Shown here in pieces: positions 1 through 9,681 of a DNA stretch of 64,000 nucleotides. The notes beneath the pieces were generated by a model. It did not search any database and was not told the DNA's origin. It worked only from the letters and a program-made list of their open reading frames with translations. The translations under genes were made by a program, and so were the position numbers. This DNA is from Bacillota bacterium. Its GTDB lineage: Bacteria; Bacillota; Clostridia; Christensenellales; SZUA-584. The stretch lies in NCBI GenBank assembly GCA_023461435.1, contig JAEYLC010000031.1:23126-87125 (forward strand), given 5' to 3'. Position 1 is the first letter of the stretch. The number at the start of each line of letters is the position of its first letter.

Positions 1-1
1 G

Positions 2-211
2 ATTCGGGCGGCCGTTTGCCACGACAACTTTTCCGCAGAACGGTCGCGGCTCAGTAACGACGCGAACGTGCTGTGCATGGGCGCGCGCGTGATCGGCATC
101 GAGCTCGCGAAGAAGATCACATCGGAATGGATCAGCCTGGATTTCGTTGACGGCAGTTCGACACCAAAGGTCAACGCGATCAAAGACATAGACGCCGCTA
201 ATTTTTGCTGA
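2..211 (+). CDS. RpiB/LacA/LacB-family sugar-phosphate isomerase, C-terminal fragment (5' part outside window)
   Basis: Absent from the ORF track because no start lies in the window. Frame 2 reads IRAAVCHDNFSAERSRLSNDANVLCMGARVIGIELAKKITSEWISLDFVDGSSTPKVNAIKDIDAANFC, then TGA at 209-211. The C.D..SA...R.HN.ANVL..GARVIG..LA pattern matches the C-terminal half of RpiB-type isomerases. Confidence 0.75.
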   Translation: MRAAVCHDNFSAERSRLSNDANVLCMGARVIGIELAKKITSEWISLDFVDGSSTPKVNAIKDIDAANFC

Positions 212-228
212 GAGGGAGGGGCGGGATA

Positions 229-1011
229 ATGAACAAAATGCTTTACATGGGCACGAACCTGAAAATGTACAAGACAACGAAAGAAACGGTTTCGTACCTG
301 ACAGAACTTGACGAATTAACACGGGACTTAGGCAGAACGGAACTCACCTTGTTTGTTATCCCGTCCTATACTTCTTTGGAAAGCGCGAGAAAATGCGTCC
401 CGCGTGAGGGCATCAAGCTGGGCGCTCAAAACATGTACTGGGAAGACCAGGGGCAGTTTACAGGTGAAATTTCGCCGCTCATGATCAAGGAAACGGGCGC
501 CGAGATCATAGAAATCGGGCACAGCGAGCGCAGGCATGTGATCGGAGAGACTGATCAGCAGGAAAACAAGAAGGTGCTTGCCGCATTGCGCCACGGTTTC
601 ACAGCCTTATTGTGTATCGGAGAAACAAAAGAGCAAAAAGATTTAAATATCAGCGATGAGATACTGAGCGCTCAGCTCAAAATCGGTCTGAGCGGGGTTA
701 AAAAGCAGGAGATCGGCCGGATCTGGATCGGATACGAACCGGTCTGGGCGATCGGGGTCAACGGGACCCCGGCCTCCGCTGAATACGCGGACGAAAAGCA
801 TGGCGTCATCAAGTGTGTGCTGAGCGAGATGTTCGGAGAAGACGGCGCGCAAATCCCGGTGTTGTACGGCGGGAGCGTCAATCCGCAGAACGCCTCGGAG
901 CTCATCGTTAAACAGAATATCGACGGGCTATTTGTCGGCAGGAGCGCGTGGAACGCGCCGGAATTCAACAGCCTGATCCGGCAAGTCATGCCTCTTTACA
1001 ATAGGAAATAA
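229..1011 (+). CDS. triosephosphate isomerase family protein (divergent paralogue)
   Basis: ORF 205-1011. ATG 229 follows GAGGGAGGGG. TIM hallmarks are present: GTNLKMY (Lys region), IEIGHSERR (catalytic His) and IGYEPVWAIG (catalytic Glu). The canonical AIGTGK is replaced by AIGVNGT. Confidence 0.85.
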   Translation: MNKMLYMGTNLKMYKTTKETVSYLTELDELTRDLGRTELTLFVIPSYTSLESARKCVPREGIKLGAQNMYWEDQGQFTGEISPLMIKETGAEIIEIGHSERRHVIGETDQQENKKVLAALRHGFTALLCIGETKEQKDLNISDEILSAQLKIGLSGVKKQEIGRIWIGYEPVWAIGVNGTPASAEYADEKHGVIKCVLSEMFGEDGAQIPVLYGGSVNPQNASELIVKQNIDGLFVGRSAWNAPEFNSLIRQVMPLYNRK

Positions 1012-1048
1012 CAAGCTGATTGTCATTAAAAAGAGTGGAGCAATAAAG

Positions 1049-1657
1049 ATGAGCGATTTTGGCAAATTAAAAGACGATATGATCCTTGCGGCCGCACGCG
1101 CCTATACCCGCGGTATTCAAACGGGCAGCGGAGGCAACTTCAGCGCGCGTGTGTCCGGCCAGGACCTGATGATCGTGAAGTCAAGCGGCGGCTCGTTTAT
1201 GGACGCCACGAGAGACAACCTGCTTGTGACGGACTTTGACGGCAATGTGGTCGAGGGAGAAGGAAAACCGACCCGGGAAGCGCTGCTGCACGGGTTCATC
1301 TATAAAATAGCCCCGCTGGTGAACGGTGTGATGCACTGTCACGCACCTTGGTCAATCGGCTGGGCGTATACCAAAAAGCCGCTTGACGGTGTGACGCTGC
1401 ATACGCAGCTCAAATTCGGCTGTCCCATCCATGTGCTCGATGTCAAAACGCCCATGGTGGAAGCTAAGGATTTTCCGCTCGTTCAGCAGCTTTTTGACGA
1501 GAACCCAAAGCTTCCGGCGTTTCTGCTTGTCGATCACGGCATTGTCGCGGTGGGTGACACGGTGATCAACGCGGAGCATAACGCCGAGCTGGTGGAAGAA
1601 ACGGCAATGGTCGCTTTCCTGAAGATCATTGCACGCACCAAGCTTCAGGAAGACTAA
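1049..1657 (+). CDS. class II aldolase/adducin-domain protein (FucA / L-ribulose-5-P 4-epimerase / tetronate-P decarboxylase-like)
   Basis: 202-aa ORF with GGNFSARV, EALLHGFIY and VMHCHAPW, a His-rich metal site typical of the class II aldolase fold. An RBS-like GAGTGGAG lies upstream. Confidence 0.85.
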   Translation: MSDFGKLKDDMILAAARAYTRGIQTGSGGNFSARVSGQDLMIVKSSGGSFMDATRDNLLVTDFDGNVVEGEGKPTREALLHGFIYKIAPLVNGVMHCHAPWSIGWAYTKKPLDGVTLHTQLKFGCPIHVLDVKTPMVEAKDFPLVQQLFDENPKLPAFLLVDHGIVAVGDTVINAEHNAELVEETAMVAFLKIIARTKLQED

Positions 1658-1732
1658 AAATGAAAAAACGCTGCCGGGAAAAATTGGCAGCTTAATCGAG
1701 TTTCCTAAATCAACAACATGTCTGCAAAGTGT

Positions 1733-1751
1733 GCTATTGTGAAACAATAGC
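1733..1751. promoter_or_regulatory. perfect inverted repeat GCTATTGT-gaa-ACAATAGC, candidate operator upstream of the ABC operon
   Basis: 8-bp arms with a 3-nt spacer, read directly from the sequence, about 55 nt upstream of the binding-protein start at 1805. The regulator is unknown. Confidence 0.4.
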
Positions 1752-1804
1752 AACGTACGGCGATTGGTGATTTAGGCCAAAAAAAAATGGGAGGAAGACA
1801 AAAC

Positions 1805-2992
1805 ATGAAGAGAGCAATGTTATTGACGCTCGTGCTGATGCTTGCAGTGGGCATGGCTTTAACTGGATGCAGCGCACCTTCGGAGAGCTCCGCGCCGGCT
1901 GAAAGCAGCGCAGCGGTATCGGAATCGGCCGCACCGGCTGATGAATCAGCGCCGGCTGAAACGAGCGAAGAAGCGGCACCGCAGGAAAGCCGTTCGGCAT
2001 TCTCTACCGATCTTCTGGCAAGCGAAGCTGACACCACGCCTGTTGACCCCGCCGAATTGCCCATAACGGGAATCGGACCTGAGGTGACCACCGATGTGAA
2101 AGCCAACGAGTCCTATAAGATCGCGATCGTTGTGAAGAACACCACAAACCCGTTCCTTCTCAAATCCATCGTCGGCGCGGAAAAAGCGGCCGCAGATATG
2201 GGCTTTGAATGCATCTCGCTGGCTCCGGCCACGCAGGACAGCCTGGAAGACCAGGTGAAGCTCATTGAAGATGCGATTCAGCAGGGCGTGCAGGGAATCA
2301 TTCTTCATCCGATCGATTCAAACGGCATCATGCCCGCGATCAGAAAATGTGACGAAGCCGGCATTCCCGTCGCCTGCATCGGCACACCCGCGGCCAACGA
2401 AACTTTCATGCGCACAGGCGTTGACTACACCGAGACAGGTGTGACAATCGCGACGATGGTGGCAGAGAAGCTCGGCGGCAAGGGCAAACTGATCATACTC
2501 GAGGGCCCTCCGGGAGCACAGAACGCGCAGGAAAGACTTGCGGGTATCAAAAAGGCTCTTGAAAGCTATCCCGACATCGAAGTTGTGGCTTCTCAGACAA
2601 CAAACTTCAAGAGAACAGAGGGTATGCAGGTCACAGAGAACCTTCTGCAAAAGTATCCTGATGTCAACGCGATCATCGGCTGCAACGATGAAAGCTCGCT
2701 TGGTGCCATTCAGGCGCTCAAGGCAGCCGGACTCGAAGGCAAAGTTGTGATCGGCAGCTTCGACGGCAACCAGGACGGCAGCGCGGCGATTAAGGCCGGT
2801 GAAATGTATGCGACATACAACGTTGACCCGGTTGGTTCCACATATCTGGCTGCGGCTTACATCGTGAAATTCCTGAACGACGGAACAATGCCCCCGAAAT
2901 ACTTTGTTCCCTTCCCGTCCACGCTTCAGGAACCTGTCATTACGGCTGAAAACATTGACAACTATATCGACAAAATTGCCTGGTGGAAATAA
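1805..2992 (+). CDS. sugar ABC transporter substrate-binding lipoprotein (CUT2/RbsB-like fold)
   Basis: ORF 1787-2992. ATG 1805 lies 8 nt after GGGAGGAAG. The signal peptide has lipobox LTGC, followed by a Ser/Ala/Glu/Pro-rich linker. A periplasmic-binding-protein type I core follows (KIAIVVKNTTNPF, GIILHPIDSN, IIGCNDESSLGA). Confidence 0.9.
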   Translation: MKRAMLLTLVLMLAVGMALTGCSAPSESSAPAESSAAVSESAAPADESAPAETSEEAAPQESRSAFSTDLLASEADTTPVDPAELPITGIGPEVTTDVKANESYKIAIVVKNTTNPFLLKSIVGAEKAAADMGFECISLAPATQDSLEDQVKLIEDAIQQGVQGIILHPIDSNGIMPAIRKCDEAGIPVACIGTPAANETFMRTGVDYTETGVTIATMVAEKLGGKGKLIILEGPPGAQNAQERLAGIKKALESYPDIEVVASQTTNFKRTEGMQVTENLLQKYPDVNAIIGCNDESSLGAIQALKAAGLEGKVVIGSFDGNQDGSAAIKAGEMYATYNVDPVGSTYLAAAYIVKFLNDGTMPPKYFVPFPSTLQEPVITAENIDNYIDKIAWWK

Positions 2993-3035
2993 CAGGGAAG
3001 TATAAGCTGGATAAGCTTTGATTCACGGGTGGTTC

Positions 3036-3063
3036 GCCCCGTCTCCTCCTGGTGAGACGGGGC
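3036..3063 (+). other. intercistronic GC-rich stem-loop after the binding-protein gene
   Basis: GCCCCGTCTC-ctcctggt-GAGACGGGGC, a 10-bp perfect stem with no U-tract. It sits between the SBP and ATPase genes, where such hairpins usually act as mRNA-stability or partial-termination elements. Confidence 0.5.
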
Positions 3064-3129
3064 CGGCCCCTGAGCTTTGAGTTTGTACAAATAAAAGCTA
3101 TGACCCATAGCAGCTATGAGGTGAGTAAT

Positions 3130-4633
<1,504 letters not shown>

Positions 4634-4644
<11 letters not shown>

Positions 4645-5599
4645 ATCAGCAAAACCGGCGAAAGCCGTCAACTTCATCAAGAACATACCTCCTGTTTTTT
4701 GGATACTGGTGGTGATGATGGTCGGATTCGGCTCATTCTCATCCAACTATTTTGAATTCAAAAACCTGCAGAACATACTGGTCCAGTCCGTGCCGCTTAT
4801 GCTCGTGGCGTACGCGCAGACGCTGGTCATACTGACAGAGGGCGTTGACCTGTCGCTCGGATCACAGGTCAGTCTGGTCACGGTTTTATGGGTCTTCTTT
4901 ATGCAGATGGGCATGCCGTGGCCGGTGGCGGCGCTTATCGCGGTGGTCTGTTCAATGATATCGGGCGCTGTGAACGGTGTGATCATCGCCAAATGGAAGG
5001 TGCCTCCGTTTATCGTCACGCTCGGCATGCAGAACATTCTCTACAGCGTCGCGCTGCTGATCACCAAGGGGTCTTCCATCTATTATGCGAACAAGATATT
5101 CCAGACAATCTCCGAAACCATATTCATAGGGTTTCCGCTGATCGTTTGGATCACCGCGCTGATGTTCGTGCTGACATGGATGATTCTTTACCATACCCGG
5201 GTCGGCGCGAGGATATTCGGCCTCGGCGGCAACGCGGAAGCGTTGGTTCTCGCGGGCGTTAACGTGATCAAGCCGACCGTGTTTGTGTATGCGTTCGCGG
5301 GCTTTTTGACGGCAATAAGCGGTTTGTTAACCACCTGCAGGCTCGAATCCGGCCAGCCGATTGTCGGCCAGGGCTGGGAGTTTCAGGCGGTTGCGGCCAC
5401 GCTGCTCGGCGGGACATCCTTCAAGGAGGGCAAAGGCGGTCTTGGCGGCACCATACTCGGCGTGCTGCTGATCACCATGCTCAAAAACGGTCTGAATCTG
5501 GTCCATCTGCCGTCCATCTATCAGAATGCGATCATAGGCATTATCATACTTGCGGCGATTGTCGTTGACAGTACGATACGCCGTATGAAAGAGAATTAG
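4634..5599 (+). CDS. ABC sugar transporter permease (RbsC/branched-chain-type TMD)
   Basis: ORF 4544-5599. ATG 4634 lies 4 nt after GGAGGTGAG and overlaps the ATPase stop. The protein is polytopic and hydrophobic, with TEGVDLSLGS and GG.S..GG.GG motifs typical of CUT2 permeases. Confidence 0.85.
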
Positions 5600-5609
5600 G
5601 AGGACAACC

Positions 5610-6569
5610 ATGAAAAATTATTTCAATAAAATGAAACGATTCAGGTCGTTCTATAGCATCATAGGGCTGCTGTTCGTGGTTGTGGTCTCGTCGATTGCGA
5701 TAAGGGAGTTTATGACCCTTAATAACGTGATCACACTGTTCCGGCAGGCGAGCACACTGCTCGTGCTCAGCACAGGGCTCACGGCGGTCATACTCACAAG
5801 CGGCATTGACTTAAGCGTCGGCGCGGTATCGGGGCTTGTCGGTTGTATCGTGGCTCAGTTTTTGAAGATGGGCATTCCCGCGCCGCTGACCTTCATCATC
5901 GCGATCGCGTTCGGCGCGCTGTTCGGGCTGTTCAACGGATTCCTTGTGGGAACGGTCAAAATGCCGCCGTTTATCGCGACGTTCGGCATGAGCTGGGTGG
6001 CGAGCGGACTATCCATCATCGTCATGAACGGCGAGGTGATATTCGGCCTCGCGGATGATTTCACATGGTTTGGCACCGGCTATATCGGGCCGATTCCCGT
6101 GATCGCGATCATCGCGCTGATCGTGGTGGTGATCACTTATTTCATACTCCAAAAGACCACCTTCGGCAGAGACGTCTACGCGATCGGCGCCAATCAGGAT
6201 GCCGCCAAGTACTCGGCGGCGCCCGTGAAAAAGACGCTGTACTGGGCGTTTATATTCTCCGGTATTACCGCGGGTATCGGCGGCCTGCTGATGACGGCAA
6301 GGCTCAACGCGGCCGATTCGACGATGGGCGATTCATACGGCTTGCAGACGGTTGCGGCGGTTGTTGTCGGCGGCACATCGCTGCTGGGCGGCGAGGGCAG
6401 CGTGACCGGTACGGTCATCGGGGCGCTGCTGCTGACCATCATCATGAACGTGATGAATCTGCTGGGCATATCCTCCTTTGCTCAGCCGGCCATTGTCGGC
6501 GTCGTTATCATCGCGATGGTGCTGTTTGATTCGTACACACGGCATAAGCAGGCCACAGCGCTGAAATAA
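5610..6569 (+). CDS. ABC sugar transporter permease (second TMD)
   Basis: 319-aa hydrophobic ORF with SGIDLSVGA, PPFIATFGM and VVGGTSLLGGEGSV. RBS AGGAGGA lies upstream. Confidence 0.9.
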   Translation: MKNYFNKMKRFRSFYSIIGLLFVVVVSSIAIREFMTLNNVITLFRQASTLLVLSTGLTAVILTSGIDLSVGAVSGLVGCIVAQFLKMGIPAPLTFIIAIAFGALFGLFNGFLVGTVKMPPFIATFGMSWVASGLSIIVMNGEVIFGLADDFTWFGTGYIGPIPVIAIIALIVVVITYFILQKTTFGRDVYAIGANQDAAKYSAAPVKKTLYWAFIFSGITAGIGGLLMTARLNAADSTMGDSYGLQTVAAVVVGGTSLLGGEGSVTGTVIGALLLTIIMNVMNLLGISSFAQPAIVGVVIIAMVLFDSYTRHKQATALK

Positions 6570-6682
6570 CAGTAAAATAAGCTCGGGCAGTGAGATAATG
6601 AGTGACTATAATATTGTATCCAGTATCACGAGATGGTATAATCTATGATTAGATGCAATAATAAACTCATAATATTTGGAGA

Positions 6683-7387
6683 ATGAATATGGAATTGTCG
6701 AATATTGAAAGATCTCAAAAAATTAAATATCAAAGAATGCCCGAGCTTGTGAAAGAGCAGCTGATGGACTGGATTATGGACGGCACGATTTCGATGGGCG
6801 AAAAGCTCAACGCCGAAGATCTGGCGTCCAGAATGGGTGTGAGCAGAATGCCGGTCAGAGAAGCGCTGAAAAGCATGGAGAAATCCGGCATTGTGCATTC
6901 CATTCCCTATGTGGGAACAAGAGTCGCCGAGCTTCAGATGACAGACATTGTTCAAATTTATCTGATGCGCGAGGCGCTTGAGCCGCTTGCCGCTTATTAC
7001 GCGTGCAAAAACATCACGGAATCAAAATTAAACGCTATTGAGAGCCTTCATTCAAGGCTTGAAAATGTGATCAGTGAGCCGACCCCGAACGCCAAGCAGA
7101 TATTCGTGCTGAACCGTGATTTTCATTTTGAAATCTACAATGCGAGCAATATGAAATACATGATCAACATCATCGCGACGCTTTGGGATAATCTCGCTTT
7201 TTACAAGCTGATCTACGGCCGAAAATATGCGACGGACAAAAACAGCGCGCTGGGTATGCTCGGCGAACACAAGGCATATATGGAGAACTTGAAAAACGGG
7301 CAGGCTAAAGAATTAAAAACCTTGATGCATGATTCGCTGCACCGGCGTGTGCTGGAGCTTAAGGATCAGGTCACATACGAGATATAA
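6683..7387 (+). CDS. GntR-family transcriptional regulator with FCD (FadR C-terminal) domain
   Basis: The N-terminal winged HTH reads LNAEDLASRMGVSRMPVREALKSMEKSGIV. The C-terminal part is helical (FH.EIY...). The start may be the ATG at 6689. Confidence 0.9.
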   Translation: MNMELSNIERSQKIKYQRMPELVKEQLMDWIMDGTISMGEKLNAEDLASRMGVSRMPVREALKSMEKSGIVHSIPYVGTRVAELQMTDIVQIYLMREALEPLAAYYACKNITESKLNAIESLHSRLENVISEPTPNAKQIFVLNRDFHFEIYNASNMKYMINIIATLWDNLAFYKLIYGRKYATDKNSALGMLGEHKAYMENLKNGQAKELKTLMHDSLHRRVLELKDQVTYEI

Positions 7388-7437
7388 ACATCAGGATTCA
7401 TTTTCATATGAGCCTGCCGCAAAGTTAAGGAGCAGAC

Positions 7438-7737
7438 ATGGACTACACAATGACGGAATGCGGAGGGTGCTTGACCTGCGAAATTGCATGCTCATATAAG
7501 CACAACAAAGAATTCAACCATCTCATTTCCAGCATTGAAATCGTTGAGCTGGAGAACGAACAGGGATACAAAGTACGCCTGATTGAAGACCCTTCAACGG
7601 GCAGAATACCATGCGACGGATGCCTCGGCAGTGAGCCGATGTGTCTTTCGTATTGTCCGAAACGCGAAGAATTAAAAGCGATCCTCGATCGGCACATTGC
7701 AGAGCGCATCAAGAAAGGGGAGAGCAAGCATGAATAA
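7438..7737 (+). CDS. small 2x[4Fe-4S]-type ferredoxin-like protein, probable electron-transfer partner of the AOR
   Basis: 99 aa with CGGCLTCEIAC (C-x2-C-x2-C-x3-C) and CDGCLGSEPMCLSYCP (C-x2-C-x6-C-x3-CP). Its stop overlaps the AOR start through ATGAATAA. Confidence 0.75.
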   Translation: MDYTMTECGGCLTCEIACSYKHNKEFNHLISSIEIVELENEQGYKVRLIEDPSTGRIPCDGCLGSEPMCLSYCPKREELKAILDRHIAERIKKGESKHE

Positions 7738-9661
7738 GTGTTACGGTATTACCGGCAATACGCTGCGCGTCAATCTGACAAGCAGAGAAATCAAGGTTGA
7801 GGACAACTCGGTTTATTACCGTGATTTTTTAACGTCGAGCGGCTACGCGGCGAAGATCATATACGATGAAGTGAAGGACTGGGTGACACCGTTTGATCCC
7901 ACAAACAAGGTGATCTTTTCGGCCGGTGCGCTGATCGGCACGGTGGCGCCCGGCGCGTGCAAGATGAACATCAGCACGATCGGCCCGATGACGGGCGGCT
8001 GGGCGACGGGCTCGAGCGACAGCTATGTGGCCATGGAGCTAAAGCACGCCGGATACGACGCGATCATCGTGGAAGGGCGCAGCCACAGGCCCTGCTATCT
8101 TTACGTGACCGACGAAAAGGTCGAGATTCGGGACGCGACGGCGCTATGGGGCAAAACCACGTGGGAGACGCTCGACGCGATACGCGAGGAGCTGCAAGAC
8201 CCCAAGCTGCATATCATATCGATCGGGCCGGCGGGTGAAAATCTCGCGCGCGGCGCCTGCGTGATACAGGACCGCGGCCGCGGCTTCGGCCGCTGCGGCA
8301 CGGGCGCGGTGATCGGCTCGAAGAATTTGAAGGCCATCGTCTGCAAGGGCAAAAAGCCGATACAGGTGGCCGATCCCGAAAAATTCATGCAGGTGGCGAT
8401 GCGCTGCCGCAAAAAGATCACTGATTGCCCCGAAACCGAACGGTTCCGCAAATACGGCACGCTCGGCATATTCCAGCACAAGCAGGATATGGGCGCGATC
8501 CCGTACAGGAACTCGCAGGAGAGCGTGTTCCCCGAGGATACGGATGTCACGATGGACCCTGTGCAGGTCATCGATAAATACACGGTTTCCAAGCAGAACT
8601 TCCCGGGTTGCCCGATCGGCTGCGGCCGCCACGTGACGATCGCGGACGGGCCTTACAAAGGGCTTACGGCGGAGTTCAACCATTGGGAGGCTTTTGGCAC
8701 CATCGTGGGCCGCTGCGCGGTGACCGAGCCCACGTTTATGGTGAAGGTGACGGCCTATTGCAACGAGATGGGCATCGATTTCAATCTGGCGGGCTGCGCG
8801 ATCGCGTGGGCGATGGAGTGCTATCAGCGCGGCATACTCACCAAAGAGGATACGGACGGCATGGCGCTTGAGTGGGGCAACGAACCCCAGATACTCGAGC
8901 TGATTCGCAAGATGAGCTATCGAGAGGGCTTTGGCAACATACTCGCGGAGGGCAGCAAGCGCGCAGCCGATATTATCGGCAGGGATTCGGGCTATTACGC
9001 GATGCACATCAAGGGGCAGGATCTCTATGAGTGTCTGCGCGGCTCCAACGCGTGGGCTCTGGGAGCCACGGTATCCACGCGCGGCGGCGGCCATACCACC
9101 GGCACCTGCGGCTATGAGCAGGCGATCAATGTGGACAAGGAAAAGGCATATCAGGTGCTCGGCATCCGGAACGTGGAAGATCCTTTAAGCTACGAAGGCA
9201 AGGCGGAGGTGACATATCTGTTTGAGGTGCTTCACCGCATCGACAACTCAACGGGCATCTGCCATCAGAACACGATATACAACAAGCTCGATTATCTCGT
9301 CGTGGCGGATATCGCGGAAATGCTGTCTGCGGCCACCGGCATCGAGATGAGCGCGCAGGACCTTGAGGACATCGCGCAGCGTCAGATCAACCTTGAGAAA
9401 GCGATTAACGCGCGCTTCACGGATTTTGCGCGTAAGGACGACCTTCCGACGCCGCGCGACCAGACCGAGCCGCTCCATGCGGGTAAAATGGACGGCTGGA
9501 AGCTCGATATGGATAAATACAACGGCATGCTCGACCGCTATTATGAGTTGCACGGCTGGGATAAGCAAACAGGTTATCCCAAACGCAGCACGCTCGAAAA
9601 GTACGGCATCGGCTATGTGGCCGATGAGCTCGAGCGCAGAGGCAAGCTCGGCCGGGAATAA
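7730..9661 (+). CDS. aldehyde:ferredoxin oxidoreductase (AOR) family, tungsten/molybdo-pterin enzyme
   Basis: ORF 7697-9661, with the internal ATG 7730 coupled to the upstream stop. The N-terminus GITGNTLRVNLTSREIKVED, the size (about 643 aa) and CPIGCGRH in the Fe-S/pterin region fit the AOR family. Confidence 0.85.
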   Translation: MNKCYGITGNTLRVNLTSREIKVEDNSVYYRDFLTSSGYAAKIIYDEVKDWVTPFDPTNKVIFSAGALIGTVAPGACKMNISTIGPMTGGWATGSSDSYVAMELKHAGYDAIIVEGRSHRPCYLYVTDEKVEIRDATALWGKTTWETLDAIREELQDPKLHIISIGPAGENLARGACVIQDRGRGFGRCGTGAVIGSKNLKAIVCKGKKPIQVADPEKFMQVAMRCRKKITDCPETERFRKYGTLGIFQHKQDMGAIPYRNSQESVFPEDTDVTMDPVQVIDKYTVSKQNFPGCPIGCGRHVTIADGPYKGLTAEFNHWEAFGTIVGRCAVTEPTFMVKVTAYCNEMGIDFNLAGCAIAWAMECYQRGILTKEDTDGMALEWGNEPQILELIRKMSYREGFGNILAEGSKRAADIIGRDSGYYAMHIKGQDLYECLRGSNAWALGATVSTRGGGHTTGTCGYEQAINVDKEKAYQVLGIRNVEDPLSYEGKAEVTYLFEVLHRIDNSTGICHQNTIYNKLDYLVVADIAEMLSAATGIEMSAQDLEDIAQRQINLEKAINARFTDFARKDDLPTPRDQTEPLHAGKMDGWKLDMDKYNGMLDRYYELHGWDKQTGYPKRSTLEKYGIGYVADELERRGKLGRE

Positions 9662-9681
9662 ATAAACTTAGGGATGATGAC

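Noticed and set aside
1733-1751. A catabolite-responsive element (cre) at the inverted repeat upstream of the first ABC operon.
   Set aside because: TGTGAAACAATAGC only loosely resembles the cre consensus TGWAANCGNTNWCA and lacks the central CG. I kept it as a generic operator-like palindrome.
8144-9094. Long antisense ORFs opposite well-supported genes, for example 8144-9094(-), 11301-12221(-), 27520-28995(+), 37031-37753(-), 37772-38686(-), 40987-42381(-), 47477-48235(-), 52492-53622(-), 56229-56915(-) and 62204-62785(-).
   Set aside because: Their translations are Arg/His/Ala/Gly-rich and low in complexity, with no recognisable motifs. Each lies entirely within an opposite-strand ORF that has clear family signatures. 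Such shadow ORFs are expected in GC-rich coding DNA.
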